The position numbers were made by a program, and so were the translations under genes. Under the pieces are notes generated by a model. It was not told the DNA's origin. It searched no databases and saw only the letters and a program-made list of their open reading frames with translations. A stretch of 63,202 nucleotides of DNA, the filler included, from Octopus bimaculoides (lineage: Eukaryota): NCBI RefSeq assembly GCF_001194135.2. It is 6 parts of 5 records of this genome, joined end to end, with 100 filler letters (N's around TTAATTAATTAA, not from the genome) between each part and the next. Parts side by side here need not be neighbours in the genome. Positions count along the whole stretch, not along the records: positions 7,401 to 36,786 come from NC_069004.1; positions 36,887 to 52,288 come from NC_069004.1; 4 more parts are not named here. One strand, 5' to 3'. Positions 24,661 through 37,524 of this stretch are shown piece by piece (the stretch's first letter is position 1; every line of letters starts with the position of its first letter).

Positions 24661-25469
24661 CTAGTATATTTCCTGTTTGTATAACGATTTATATTTAGCA
24701 ATATTCATAACTGACTAGAATGTGCTTTACTGAGGAAGACTTATAAGACCGAAACATGTACTTGCTTTCGTCATTTGGATTAAGCAATAGAGCCACGTTA
24801 ATCTGTATTCACTGTGCTGTAAAACAAATTTAGGTTAGCTACTGTTCTAGTTATTTTCATTGCTTGTAGTTTTGAAATTCTAAACATCATTGGAAGATCT
24901 TGTCTACTATTTGCGTAGATAATTCCAATTAATAGAAGTTTGTTCTTTTTCACCTTGAACTACTCAACATATCAGTATGACGCAGATTAAATTGAGAACA
25001 CCGATTAGTGACGTGATAATCTACAGGAGATACTCACGCCACTCAATGCGTTCTAACCCTACCTGAAGCACTTGAAGTGCCTTCCTGTTTGTACAGAGTA
25101 TATGTGTGTGCGTGCGTGTATGTTTGTGTTTATGAGTGTCTATGAGTGTGTGTGGGTGTCTATGTGTGCGTGTGTGTGCTTTCTCACGGAGAAAATATAC
25201 TCTTCTTGTTCCTGAAGAAAGAAAAGTGTACGAAACGTCATAATGAATTTTCCGAACGTCATACGAACTCAAGAAATTTTCCTTTACCAATGAATTCAAT
25301 TTTTCGTCGAAGCAAAGCTCCACCAGATTCCCTGAAATTTCTGTTACTCAAACACATACACACGCACACAGGCATAAGCACATACACGCATATTGATTAG
25401 GAGAGAAAAGAAAATGAGAGAATTTCGTGACTATGGTAATGATTGTTATTTTGGTGTTAGCTATAAGAA

Positions 25470-26436
25470 ATGGTAATCATGGGGAGGAAGGGGAGGAAGG
25501 GGAGGAAGAGGGAAGGAGGGGGAGGAGAGGAAGAAGTGGAGGNNNNNNNNNNNNNNNNNNNNNNNNNNNNNNNNNNNNNNNNNNNNNNNNNNNNNNNNNN
25601 NNNNNNNNNNNNNNNNNNNNNNNNNNNNNNNNNNNNNNNNNNNNNNNNNNNNNNNNNNNNNNNNNNNNNNNNNNNNNNNNNNNNNNNNNNNNNNNNNNNN
25701 NNNNNNNNNNNNNNNNNNNNNNNNNNNNNNNNNNNNNNNNNNNNNNNNNNNNNNNNNNNNNNNNNNNNNNNNNNNNNNNNNNNNNNNNNNNNNNNNNNNN
25801 NNNNNNNNNNNNNNNNNNNNNNNNNNNGAGGAGGAGGAGAAGAGGAGGAGGAGTGGAGGAGGAGCGGAGGAAAGGCGGAGGAGAGGCGGAGGAGAGGAAG
25901 AGGAGAGGAAGAGGAGAGGAGGAGGGGATATGATGAGGTGGACGAGGATTGATGAGGTGGACGAGGGGATATGATGAGGTGGACGAGTGATAATGAGGAT
26001 GATGATGATGAGGAGCAGGAGGAGGCCGGCGGAGGAAAAGGACATGATGGGGAGAACGAGGATTGTGTTGGTGATGATGATGACGACGACGACGACGATG
26101 ACGACGACAACGATGTTGATCAGAATGATGATGATGATGACGATGATGATGATGGCGGTCATGGTGATGATGATGATGATGATGACGATGATAGCGGCGA
26201 CGACAACGACGGTGATGGCGTCCATTTCTGCATTTTATTTTAATTTTAGTGTAGTTTTGAATATTTATCTGCGTCTCTAAACTTTAATGCCTAATGAAAT
26301 ATTTAGTTTATTATATTTTTTTTTTATTTCTATTTATTTAATTATTTATTATTTTCTCTTCAACATTTTCTCACTCTTTATATTACCATATATTGTTGTT
26401 GTTCTTTTCTTTCTTAGGTCGTTATCGTGGCTGCTG

Positions 26437-26501
<65 letters not shown>

Positions 26502-26839
26502 ATTGCCATTGTTATTGTCGTTGTTGTATGTATGTATGTATATTGGTTATCGTAGTGTGTTGTTGGCTTATTTATTGTTGTTGTTGTTGTTGTTTATGTT
26601 GTTGCTGCTGCTGCTGCTGTTGTTTTTGTTGTTTATTATCCACCAACGAACTCCTAAATTTGAAGTAGGTCTTCAAATCCGTCTGCTAGTGCCTACTCAA
26701 GAAGAATTACTGCAAACTAACATTTAAGAATAAGCTTAATTAAAGTTATTCACTAAGTATTTCAAGAAATGTTGCCTGATTATTATTATCATTATTATTA
26801 TTATCATCATCATCATCATCATTATTATTATTATTATTA

Positions 26840-26877
<38 letters not shown>

Positions 26878-26905
26878 ATTATCATCATCATCATCATCAT
26901 TACTA

Positions 26906-26943
<38 letters not shown>

Positions 26944-27061
26944 GTTATTATTCTTCTTCTTATTATTATTATTATTAATAATATCATCATCATTATTATT
27001 ATCATCATCCTTATTATTATCATTATTATCATCATCATCATCATCATCATCATCATTACTA

Positions 27062-27102
<41 letters not shown>

Positions 27103-27260
27103 GCTATTATTATTTGTAAATTTATTTCAGCTGTTTTTATGATTGTTATTTTTTTCTTTTTTCCCCTGAAAATTTTGTCAGTTTTTGGTGTTGTTAATTG
27201 AATGTTATTTTTGTTGCTACTGCTACCGTTGCTGTTGTTGTTGTTGTTATTGTTGTTGTC
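25470..27260. repeat. Long compound trinucleotide low-complexity tract (GAG/GAT/TTA/ATC/GTT), interrupted by a gap
   Basis: Direct reading; source of the poly-E/D/I/M pseudo-ORFs. Confidence 0.9.
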
Positions 27261-27510
27261 ATTTTATTATCAATTTTAAGTAATTACACGTAATTGCCTG
27301 CCAGATTATTAAAACGTTGACTGTAATAAAATAACCTTACATAGTATAAAATTGAAACAACAACTACGAGTTCTTAGAGATAAATCTATGTTTTCTACGC
27401 GTTTTCAACAAGGTGACGGCTGATATACCAAATATATACGTGCAGGAAAAATTTGTTTAGATTTCAGAGACAGGCGGCGAGCAGAACGCTTACAGGTATT
27501 TCTTACCGGA

Positions 27511-27741
27511 AGGCGGCGAGCTGGCAGAATCGTTACCACGCAGGGCGAAATGCTTAGCGGTATTTCGTCTGCCGTTACGTTCTGAGTTCAAATTCCGCCG
27601 AGGTCGACTTTGCCTTTCATCGTTTCGGGGTCGATAAATTAAGTATCAGTTACGCACTGGGGTCGATGTAATCGACTTAATCCGTTCGTCTGTTCTTGTT
27701 TGTTCCCTCTATGTTTAGCCCCTTGTGGGCAATAACGAAAT
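27511..27741 (+). mobile_element. Full-length young tRNA-derived SINE (family A) with 17-bp TSD, nested in an older family A copy
   Basis: TSD aggtatttcttaccgga at 27494-27510 and 27742-27758; B-box-like gagttcaaattc; central gcctttcatcgtttcggggtcgataaattaagta domain (MetaSINE-like from memory, unverified). Confidence 0.9.
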
Positions 27742-28496
27742 AGGTATTTCTTACCGGACAAAATACTTACCGGTATTTCTTCTGTCTCTTTGCGTTCTGA
27801 GTTCAAACTCCGACTAGGTCGACCATTATTTTTTTTTTTTTCCTTTTCCGAGTTGATAAGATAATTACAAGTTGAGTACTGGGGCTGTTGTAATTGACTG
27901 GGCTTCGGCTCGCAGAAACTTCAGGCCTTATGCTCTTAGTGGAGAGAATCACGGAAACTGCTTCAAGCAACCATGTTCTTTGTAGATAGGAGTTTGTAGA
28001 TAGGATGAAAATATTCTTTTCCAAAACTTCTGACACAAGCTGCTGCTGCTGCTGATGATGATGATGGTTGTGATGATGATGATGATGGTGAAACGTATGC
28101 ATGGCCTCTCCACCTGACTTAGTAACAATATAAAATATTGAGGTGAGGATTGTCTGAGGTGAGGATTGTCTGAGGTGAGGGTCATCAAAACACAGATCTG
28201 ACCCGAGTGTACTCTGTAAAAAGTCAACGAAGTTTCCAACTGATTGTGTCAGACAAAGTGAAGTCTTCCCACTACATGTCTACATACTCCAGCAGGTAAC
28301 GGTACCATAGAAAGCAAAGACATTCCATCCAAGGTTCCAATGATTCTGCGAACCCACTGCAATAGCCTGGCCCATTTCTATCAACCCCGGAAGTATGAGA
28401 AGTAAAGTTAGCACCACCGGAATGTGAACTCAGAATATTACAAGCGGAAGTAAACTGCGCAAGATATTTTACCTGATGCTCCATCGACGTGTAGGC

Positions 28497-28870
28497 GTGT
28501 AGGCGCGTAGCCTAGTGGTAAGGGTGTTTCACTTACGATCACCAGATCCTTGGTTCGATTCCCGGACGGTGCTCTAATGTTGCGTGGGGACTGACAATGT
28601 TGAAGAATAGACCCAATGTTTCCTCTGTATGTCATAAAAGGCGACCAAATGAGATTGAGAAAGAATCTGTACTCCGACCTCGTGAAAACCCTCACCAGCA
28701 ACGACTACGGTTACTCAAACAGGCCCATGGGCTGGAGGTTTGTCCCCTGGATGGAGCAAAGATGTCATCCGCCAGTAGTTGGGAGTCACCAACAAATGGT
28801 GGATACAGCAACGCGCTGTGACAACGCATCCCGCCACACTACTACTGCTACTACTACTACTACTACTGCT
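28497..28870 (+). mobile_element. tRNA-derived SINE (family E), apparently full length with (ACT)n tail
   Basis: A-box tagcctagtggt, B-box ggttcgattcc; body shared with 6520-6887. Confidence 0.8.
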
Positions 28871-29135
28871 GCTACTACTACTTCTACTGTTGCTGCTACT
28901 GCTGCTACCGCTGCTGCTGTTGCTGCTTCAATGATTGTCTCAGTTCGACGTCGAATTGAAAACACGAAACATTTTAAAGAAACAATACTCCAAGACAGAA
29001 CCTTCATTTTTACTTGTTTCAAACAGAGTTTATGGTCATGCTGGGGCATTTTTTTTTTTTATGAACTTTGGTAAAGCTATAAATAGTAATGTCTAAATAT
29101 TGTCTTAAAAACCTTTCAGATAGAAAAAGTTGAGC

Positions 29136-29206
29136 GCTGCCCGTGGGATTCGAACTCATATCTCCTGTGAACATGATAAGTGTTCTACCAATGGACCTTA
29201 GCAATC
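29136..29206 (-). pseudogene. Degenerate tRNA-like sequence (tRNA-Thr(TGT)-like pseudogene or solo SINE head)
   Basis: Minus strand: ..ggtccattggtagaac a cttat catgttc acagg agata tgag ttcgaat cccac gggcagc, followed by a T run; arms are mispaired. Confidence 0.5.
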
Positions 29207-29555
29207 CTTCAATCTGGCATCAACAATAATTTTCCATTTTTTGTTTTTTACATTCCGACTCTTAAATATTATTATACACGAGGAATAGAAAAACAGCTTG
29301 AAGAAAGTAATGACAGTCAGCGGGAGCAAAAATTATAGTGAGGTTTGGATAAATGAGAAGGCTGTGTGAAGGAGGAACGTTTGACATTTGGAAATTAAGA
29401 TTCTGTGACTAAAGAATAAAAGATGAAATGTTACTGTTTTTAACAGCTGAAAGCATTCAAGTCCTGAAATGTCAGATTCCTATTTTTCGCACGGCTAATC
29501 TAAGATCAACTTCCTTACATATGCATTAAAGGCAGCTCTACATATATATTCATAA

Positions 29556-29596
<41 letters not shown>

Positions 29597-30109
29597 NNNN
29601 NNNNNNNNNNNNNNNNNNNNNNNNNNNNNNNNNNNNNNNNNNNNNNNNNNNNNNNNNNNNNNNNNNNNNNNNNNNNNNNNNNNNNNNNNNNNNNNNNNNN
29701 NNNNNNNNNNNNNNNNNNNNNNNNNNNNNNNNNNNNNNNNNNNNNNNNNNNNNNNNNNNNNNNNNNNNNNNNNNNNNNNNNNNNNNNNNNNNNNNNNNNN
29801 NNNNNNNNNNNNNNNNNNNNNNNNNNNNNNNNNNNNNNNNNNNNNNNNNNNNNNNNNNNNNNNNNNNNNNNNNNNNNNNNNNNNNNNNNNNNNNNNNNNN
29901 NNNNNNNNNNNNNNNNNNNNNNNNNNNNNNNNNNNNNNNNNNNNNNNNNNNNNNNNNNNNNNNNNNNNNNNNNNNNNNNNNNNNNNNNNNNNNNNNNNNN
30001 NNNNNNNNNNNNNNNNNNNNNNNNNNNNNNNNNNNNNNNNNNNNNNNNNNNNNNNNNNNNNNNNNNNNNNNNNNNNNNNNNNNNNNNNNNNNNNNNNNTA
30101 CTAACTTTT

Positions 30110-30344
30110 CTTATTTCTTTATTGCCCACAAGGGGCTAAACATAGAGGGGACAAACAAGGACAGACAAAGGGATTAAGTCGAAATCATCGAATCCAGTGC
30201 GTAACTGGTACTTAATTTATCGACCCCGAAACGATGAAAGGCAAAGTCGACCTCGGCGGAATTTGAACTCAGAACATAAAGACAGACGAAATACTGCTAA
30301 GCATTTCGCCCGGCGTGCTAACGTTTCTGCCATCTCGCCGCCTT
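30110..30344 (-). mobile_element. Full-length young family A SINE
   Basis: Reverse complement closely matches 27511-27741, including the catcgtttcgggg variant. Confidence 0.9.
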
Positions 30345-30599
30345 AAGGCACTAAAAGAGAATAACTCTTCCCAGACACAATTTTATCGACACTTTCGGGG
30401 TCGATAAAATAAGTACCAGTAGAGATTGGGGTCGATATTATAGACTTGCCCCCACTCCCACCACTCCTTCGAAAACCACTTCAGGTGGCGCTGCGAGATG
30501 TTCCGGTGTATTTACGTGTTCGAAATATGCCTGAAGCATATTTGAACGTGTAACAAGTTTATACATACATACATACATACATGCATACATACATATATG

Positions 30600-30641
<42 letters not shown>

Positions 30642-30918
30642 TGTACGTGTGTGTGTATGTATATATGTATGTATGTACGTACCTACGTATGCATGTGTAT
30701 ATATTAATAATGGTCAGAAGAACGGAGATTTTCCACCTATAATTCTATCAAAGTTATTTATAGTCATTCACACCATTCTTTCGTGGGCCTACGCGCGTTT
30801 CAACTGCAACAGCCGCACACTGTCAGGTGCACATTTTGGTGTTATTGTCGACGCAGCATCTTCAGGGTCCATTATTTACTGTCATTCGAAGTTAATCTGA
30901 AGAAAATACATACATACA

Positions 30919-30950
<32 letters not shown>

Positions 30951-32564
30951 CGAACGGACGTACATCTACATATATCTTACACAGACAGATATCCTATACA
31001 GTTACGTATCCTATATAAATTTGTATATATTGAAAAGCTAAGCAGTTATATATTCATTACACACCTCTAAGCCAATGTAGATTTTAGAAAGTGTCTGAGG
31101 AACTATATGGTCTATATATGTTAATAAACTAAAAATCTAATAAATTTTGAAGTTTGCGATAACACCATATTGCCAAAATACAAAGTTGCGCATTTCATTC
31201 TTCGAGAAAATATAAATGATTGAGAACCTGTATTTTCCTTTACAGACTAAAAGCTATTTACCGAATAAGGTTCACTGCGTTCTCAAAAGTGTCTCTGAAG
31301 ATATAATTCAAATGAAGAACAGCAACCTTAATGAAATTTTCATATGTCGAACTGCGAGAATACATAACAAAAAAAAGAGAGAAATCAGTGTCTGGAGTTT
31401 GTTGATTTATGTTTAGAGTTAATGGCTCTAGATTTTGTCACTATTGTTACACCTGAGTAAGCTAATGAACATTCGCCATGACATTTGTCTTATGTATGTA
31501 TTTATACATGTGTGTCTCCTCGGGTTTGTGATTGTGTTTGCGTGTTTGGGAGGAGAGAGAGAGAGCGAGAGAGCAAGAGAGAAAGTGTGTGTTCATGTTC
31601 TCTAACACTGTTTTTATTGTTTGCCTAGCAAATCATTATTATTCCTTGAGTAAATCTTCCTGAAAATTGTACCATTCATCAAAATAAAGTTTTATTAGTT
31701 TAACTTAAAATTAGCTTTGGGAACCATTGAACATTACAACAATCGATATCGTAGAATCTTTAAAGATTTCTTATTTCAAAACTTGCCGTCTCCCTCATGC
31801 TTTGCAGCTAAGAATGTGTTCCTCCTAATGATTATTAAACTTCTGTTTAATTATCATTACAAGCCACACAACTCTATGTTTGAATTATACGGCGGCTCTA
31901 ATTAGCTTTTTATTCGTTTCCTACTTATTCCCCAGTCGTTCACGGAGACTGTTTGTCTGGATGTTCGTTTGAGAGGAAGCGAGCAGAATCAAATCTCCTA
32001 CGAACGATTTCTCCTTCTTTAATGTCTCGAAGGAAGGATTGTTTTCGTTCGTTTTATAATCAAATCAATTGCATTCAACATTTGATAACATTAGAAATCT
32101 GTTCTTCGCTTTGATTAACAAGCTAGGAACAAGAGCGTTGTTGTTAGCATTTTAATCAAGATTTTCGAATGATTGGCTTGCTTTGCGGACCTAAGTTGAT
32201 CAACTACCAACATATTAGCCATTAAGGAATCGATAGTTCGTATTCATCCATAAGTGCATTATCTTAATGTGTCTTCCCCTAATTTAACATCAAAGGCTGT
32301 GAATTCGGTGAGATTTGACTACTGTTTCTAGCAAGCCAGTTGACTCAGTAGAATCCCACATTAGCACATAATATAAACATGATCGTGTGTGTAAGAAGAA
32401 TTTTGCTACGACTGACTCGTTGTCCTCAAATTGAAAATGAAAACCTGACCCTGATATTTGCACTGGAGATGACTCAAGTAAAGACACTCAAGGACCAGGT
32501 ACTGATGTTATAACAGGCAAAAGAACAGAAAAAGGGGCTCCTCATATGCTTTCCGGCTGCCAAA

Positions 32565-32595
<31 letters not shown>

Positions 32596-32667
32596 GGTGC
32601 TGCTGCTGCTGCTGCTGCTGATAATGACGATGATAAAGACGAGGAATAAGGGGAAAGAAAGAAAGAA

Positions 32668-32725
32668 AGAAGAAGAAGAAGAAGAAGAAGAAGAAGAAGA
32701 AGAAGAAGAAGAAGAAGAAGAAGAA
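32668..32725. repeat. (GAA)n microsatellite in a purine-rich tract (to about 32900)
   Basis: Direct reading. Confidence 0.95.
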
Positions 32726-33077
32726 GGGAGGAAGAAGGGAGAAAGTAGAGGAATAGGAGGGAAGAAGGGAAGGGAGAAGAAGGGAAGAACAGAAGGAAGA
32801 AGGGAGGAAGTAGAGGAAGAGGAGGGAGGAAGAAGGAGGGAGGAAGAAGAGGATGGGGAATGGATGAAGAGAAGGAGAATGATGATGATGATGATGATGA
32901 TGTTTAAGAGAATGATGACCACACGAGTTTGAACACCTTCCACTGGATTAAATCGTTAATCTCTGACATCAGTTCGTTGGTATAATGGCACGGATTAAAA
33001 CAAGAATGTTTTACATACGTTTCAATTAAAGACGAAGTGAAAACTAGAGAAACACTCGTCACTTACTCTTTTACTCT

Positions 33078-33274
33078 TTTACTTGTTTCAGTCATTTGAC
33101 TGCGGCCATGCTGGAGCACCGCCTTTAGTCGAGCAAATCGACCCCGGGACTTATTCTTTGTAAGCCTAGTACTTATTCTATTGGTCTCTTTTTGCCGAAC
33201 CGCTAAGTGACGGGGACATAAACACACCAGCATCGGTTGTCAAGCGATGCTAGGAGGACAAGCACAGAAACACC

Positions 33275-33324
<50 letters not shown>

Positions 33325-33485
33325 CGACGGGCTTCTTTCAGTTTCCGTCTACGAAATCCACACAGAAGGCTTTGGTCGGCCCGAGGCTATAGTAGAAGAC
33401 ATTTGCCCAAGGTGCCACGCAGTGGGACTGAAACCGGAACCATGTGGTTGGTAAGTGAGCTACTTACCACACAGCCACTCCTGCG
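33078..33485 (-). mobile_element. Full-length family B SINE: tRNA head, CORE-like body, internal (TG)n/(TA)n and 3' tail module
   Basis: Minus strand: gcaggagtggctgtgtggtaagtagc...ggttccggtttcagtccc...cttgggcaaatgtcttctactatagcctcgggccgacc...cttgacaaccgatgctgg...ccagcatggccgcagtcaaatgactgaaac; the tail module recurs alone at 14170-14310, 23118-23300, 35890-36060, 37540-37630 and 61250-61410. Confidence 0.9.
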
Positions 33486-34173
33486 ACTTATAAAGTATTT
33501 TCTGCTTCCGCTCTACTTAAACACATATAATGCTGTTGCGGGTGCTGGTACCGCTAATAATGGTGATGATGATTATGATGATGATGATGAGGAGGAGGAG
33601 GAGGAGGAGGATTTGGAAGACACGGGGAAGTAGGAGGGAAGGGGTGAGGACGAAGAAAAAGAGGAGAGGATAAAGAGAAGGAAGGGGAGGAATGTACATG
33701 GGGAAAACGACAACGATGTCCATTTTGATGATCATCATCACCATCATGATTATTGTGGTAGTGGCAGTGGTGGTGGTGGTGGTGGTGGTCGTCGTCGACG
33801 TCGTCGTCGTGGCCCCGGTTTCAATGTTAGTGGCCTGTGCGTGCGGTAGCGGGGCTGCTTTAGGTAAATATAATTGCACGTGCAACCGTTGATAATCATT
33901 CACAACAGATTTGACCGCGGCACCATGAAATAATTGCTCCTAACTTAACAAAACACAGCAGCACCTGAACCGGAAATTGAAACTAGGAACGACAGCTTTA
34001 TGAGTGAGAGCCGAAACATGGCTTTGATCAACCCGAGGCTATGCTATAAGACACTTGTACTACTTCCTGTGGATTCGAGCGAGAAACCACATAGCTACAA
34101 AGCGAACTAGTTTACCACACACCATGAATACCAGGTTTGAGCTGCATGTGTTATACCCACACGCACTCACATC

Positions 34174-34219
<46 letters not shown>

Positions 34220-34242
34220 NNNNNNNNNNNNNNNNNNNNGTA

Positions 34243-34287
<45 letters not shown>

Positions 34288-34667
34288 ATACATATATATA
34301 TATATAAGTATATATATATATACATACATACATACATACATATGTACATATCTATATGTATACATATAAATATGTATCTATACATACATATGTATACAGA
34401 TATATATATATGTATATATATATAATATGTATACATGTATATATGTATGTATGTATATATATATATCTATCTATCTATNNNNNNNNNNNNNNNNNNNNNN
34501 NNNNNNNNNNNNNNNNNNNNNNNNNNNNNNNNNNNNNNNNNNNNNNNNNNNNNNNNNNNNNNNNNNNNNNNNNNNNNNNNNNNNNNNNNNNNNNNNNNNN
34601 NNNNNNNNNNNNNNNNNNNNNNNNNNNNNNNNNNNNNNNNNNNNNNNNNNNNNNNNNNNNNNNNNNN

Positions 34668-34698
<31 letters not shown>

Positions 34699-35444
34699 TA
34701 TATAAGGTGTAACGTAACGGCATGTTGCAATAAATCAACTTTTCTTCTACACATTTATCCCATGATAAAGGAGAACCGTAAGAATTGCTCCGAGATGGAT
34801 TCCATGGTTTAGAATAAGAAATTGGTTTATCAATAGGTGGTAGCACTTCCGTAAATCTTTCATAAATTTTTTCCGTCTTTCTTCTTCTTCTTTTCTTCTT
34901 TTACTTTCTTTTTTTTTTACCAACATCGAAATACAAGAAATGTATTTCACCAACATGTTCATGCAAAATGTTACTTAACACTGCCACATATAACGATTGT
35001 ATTACATGTGTGTTTATGTATATTTATATGTGTGTATGTGTATTTCTGCGTATCTGTATTTCTGTGCGTGTGTGTGTGTGAATTGTTCTGAATGTGTGTC
35101 CATCTTGTATGTAAAAACAGCATGCATTCCGACCAAATCATATATAACACTATTATTCGACACCTTACCGGGAAAGTCTCTCTTTCCAACTGAAGATTGA
35201 ATACGTGCCTGTGTGTGTCTGTGTGTGCTTGTGTGTGTGTTATGTGGATGTGTATTTCTCTGTGTGTGCGTGTGTGTGTGTGAATTGTTCTGAATGTGTT
35301 TGTATCTTGTATGTGAAAACAACACGCATTTCGCCGAAATCATATATAATACTGTTTTTCGACACCTCACCAGGAAAGACTATATAACATATATTTTGAT
35401 ATATAGCAGCTAAATCTTCGTCCTACTGCACATTGAATACGTGC

Positions 35445-35486
<42 letters not shown>

Positions 35487-36543
35487 AAATTGCCTGAATC
35501 TATGTCGGCCTTCTATCCGAAAACATCGTGGACACTAATAATATATATTGTTTATTCGACACCTCTTCATAAACAACTGCAGACCGGCGAAGAGAATTTG
35601 AGGTGGGGCGGCAGTTGAAAACCGAGCTCGCAGAAAAGAAACGACAGCCAACAGACCGGATTCAACGTGTAGGTGTGACCTCTGAAAACGAGACTGCCAC
35701 TCTCGCATCGGTCTCTACAGCCACAGGAGGCGTTGCAAAAACTGAATAGACAACTCAACGGATGGATGACATCATCCATGGTCAGCCATGACCGACGGAG
35801 GCTTATAAAAAATTTTAAAAATTCGACACCTCACTGGGTTGAAAATGTATAACGTTTATTCTGATTATATCTTTCTCTCACTAGTTTCAGTTTTAGAACT
35901 GCGCTCATGCTGGGGCATCACCTTGAATGGTTTAGTCGTTCAGATGGCCACTGGAACTGAATATTTGAAGCCTAGTATGAGGCTCTGTGCCGAACCGCTA
36001 AGTTATAAGGACGTATACCAACTAACACCGGTTGTCAAGTGATAATGGGGTCAAAAACAAACAGACAAACGCAAAGACAAAAGCACACACACACATACAC
36101 ACACACACACACGTGCATATACATACACATACACACATATATACATAACAGGCTTCTTTCAGTTTCCTTCTACAAAATCCACCCATAAGACTTTGGTCGG
36201 CCAGGGATTACAGTAGTAAAAAACTTGTCCAAATTACCTCTCAGCGGGACGAACCCATGACCACTCAGTTACGTCTGCGCCTTTGTGGCAGCTATATTTC
36301 CCTTAAATCGCATCCTGTTGTATGTATGTTTGTATATCTGAGCCTGAGTGTGATAGCTGTGTATCTGTGTGTGTGTGTGCACTCGCGCGTTTTTATCCAC
36401 AATTGTCTGAATTTATGTCCACCTTGTATCATAGAACGTCATAGTCACATGATGTGTCAAACATATTTCAACCAGCCCAAATCTTGTTCATACCTAAACA
36501 TTGCTTTGCGACAATGCTTCGTTTTATATATATATATATATAT

Positions 36544-36682
36544 GAGACCACTAAGTGGACTGCTAATGTGCTACAAGAAGATCACCGAATAGCTCTCAAA
36601 GAAAAAAAAGTCGCTAAATTCTTTCTTTGAGAGCTATTCGGTGATCTTCTTCTAGCACATTAGCAGTCCACTTAGTGGTCTC
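36544..36682. mobile_element. Young MITE-like palindrome in (TA)n context
   Basis: 61-bp arms (36544-36604, 36622-36682) with one mismatch and a 17-bp spacer. Confidence 0.85.
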
Positions 36683-36786
36683 TTTTATATATACATATAC
36701 ATTAATCCTATTGAGATCTCAGATAACTTTTTTCTGAATCTCCTGATACTTTTCATGTGCTAGTTCCTGGTATTAAATAGATATTT

Positions 36787-36886
36787 NNNNNNNNNNNNNN
36801 NNNNNNNNNNNNNNNNNNNNNNNNNNNNNNTTAATTAATTAANNNNNNNNNNNNNNNNNNNNNNNNNNNNNNNNNNNNNNNNNNNN
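36787..36886. other. Artificial scaffold-join marker
   Basis: 44 N + TTAATTAATTAA + 44 N. Confidence 0.95.
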
Positions 36887-37041
36887 TCTTCCGATCTCAT
36901 GTGTGTGTGTGTGTGCATATATATATACGTCCTGTATCTCTCAATTTGAATGCGTCTGTTTATCTCTCCCTCTTCCTATCTATCCCCCTTCTCTCTCTCC
37001 CTAACTCCACCTTCTTTATTTGTCTGTCTGTCTGGCTCTGG

Positions 37042-37072
<31 letters not shown>

Positions 37073-37493
37073 TCTACAAAATCTGAAAAAAACCCACTTC
37101 AGACAGTTCGTTGTTACTGGAAAAGTAATTTGCCCGATAAAAACCGCTTATTTCATATACAAAAGATTTAATAGGAAGAAAGTGAAATAGAATAGAATAA
37201 AAAAAAAAGAAAGAAGGAAAATATAAATAAAATAAATCAAAGACGACTATAACAACAACAGCAATAACAAAAACAACAGCAATAACAAAAACATGAACTG
37301 AACGTGTCAAAAGGAAAAAATGAAGAGAAGTAAATCTACCAGAAATGTCTCAGAATGGAAAAATGGTGAAAGAAGTTCTTTGAACGGTTTCTCCCAAATT
37401 TTGAGAAGATTTGTTTGCGATCGACGGCAAACAGCGACTTATTTCCATCGTGTACGTTACTGTATGTATGTATGTATGAAAAATGTATATAAA

Positions 37494-37524
<31 letters not shown>

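Noticed and set aside
28497-28570. Functional tRNA gene
   Set aside because: A and B boxes are present but there is no closed cloverleaf, and it continues into a SINE body shared with 6520-6887.
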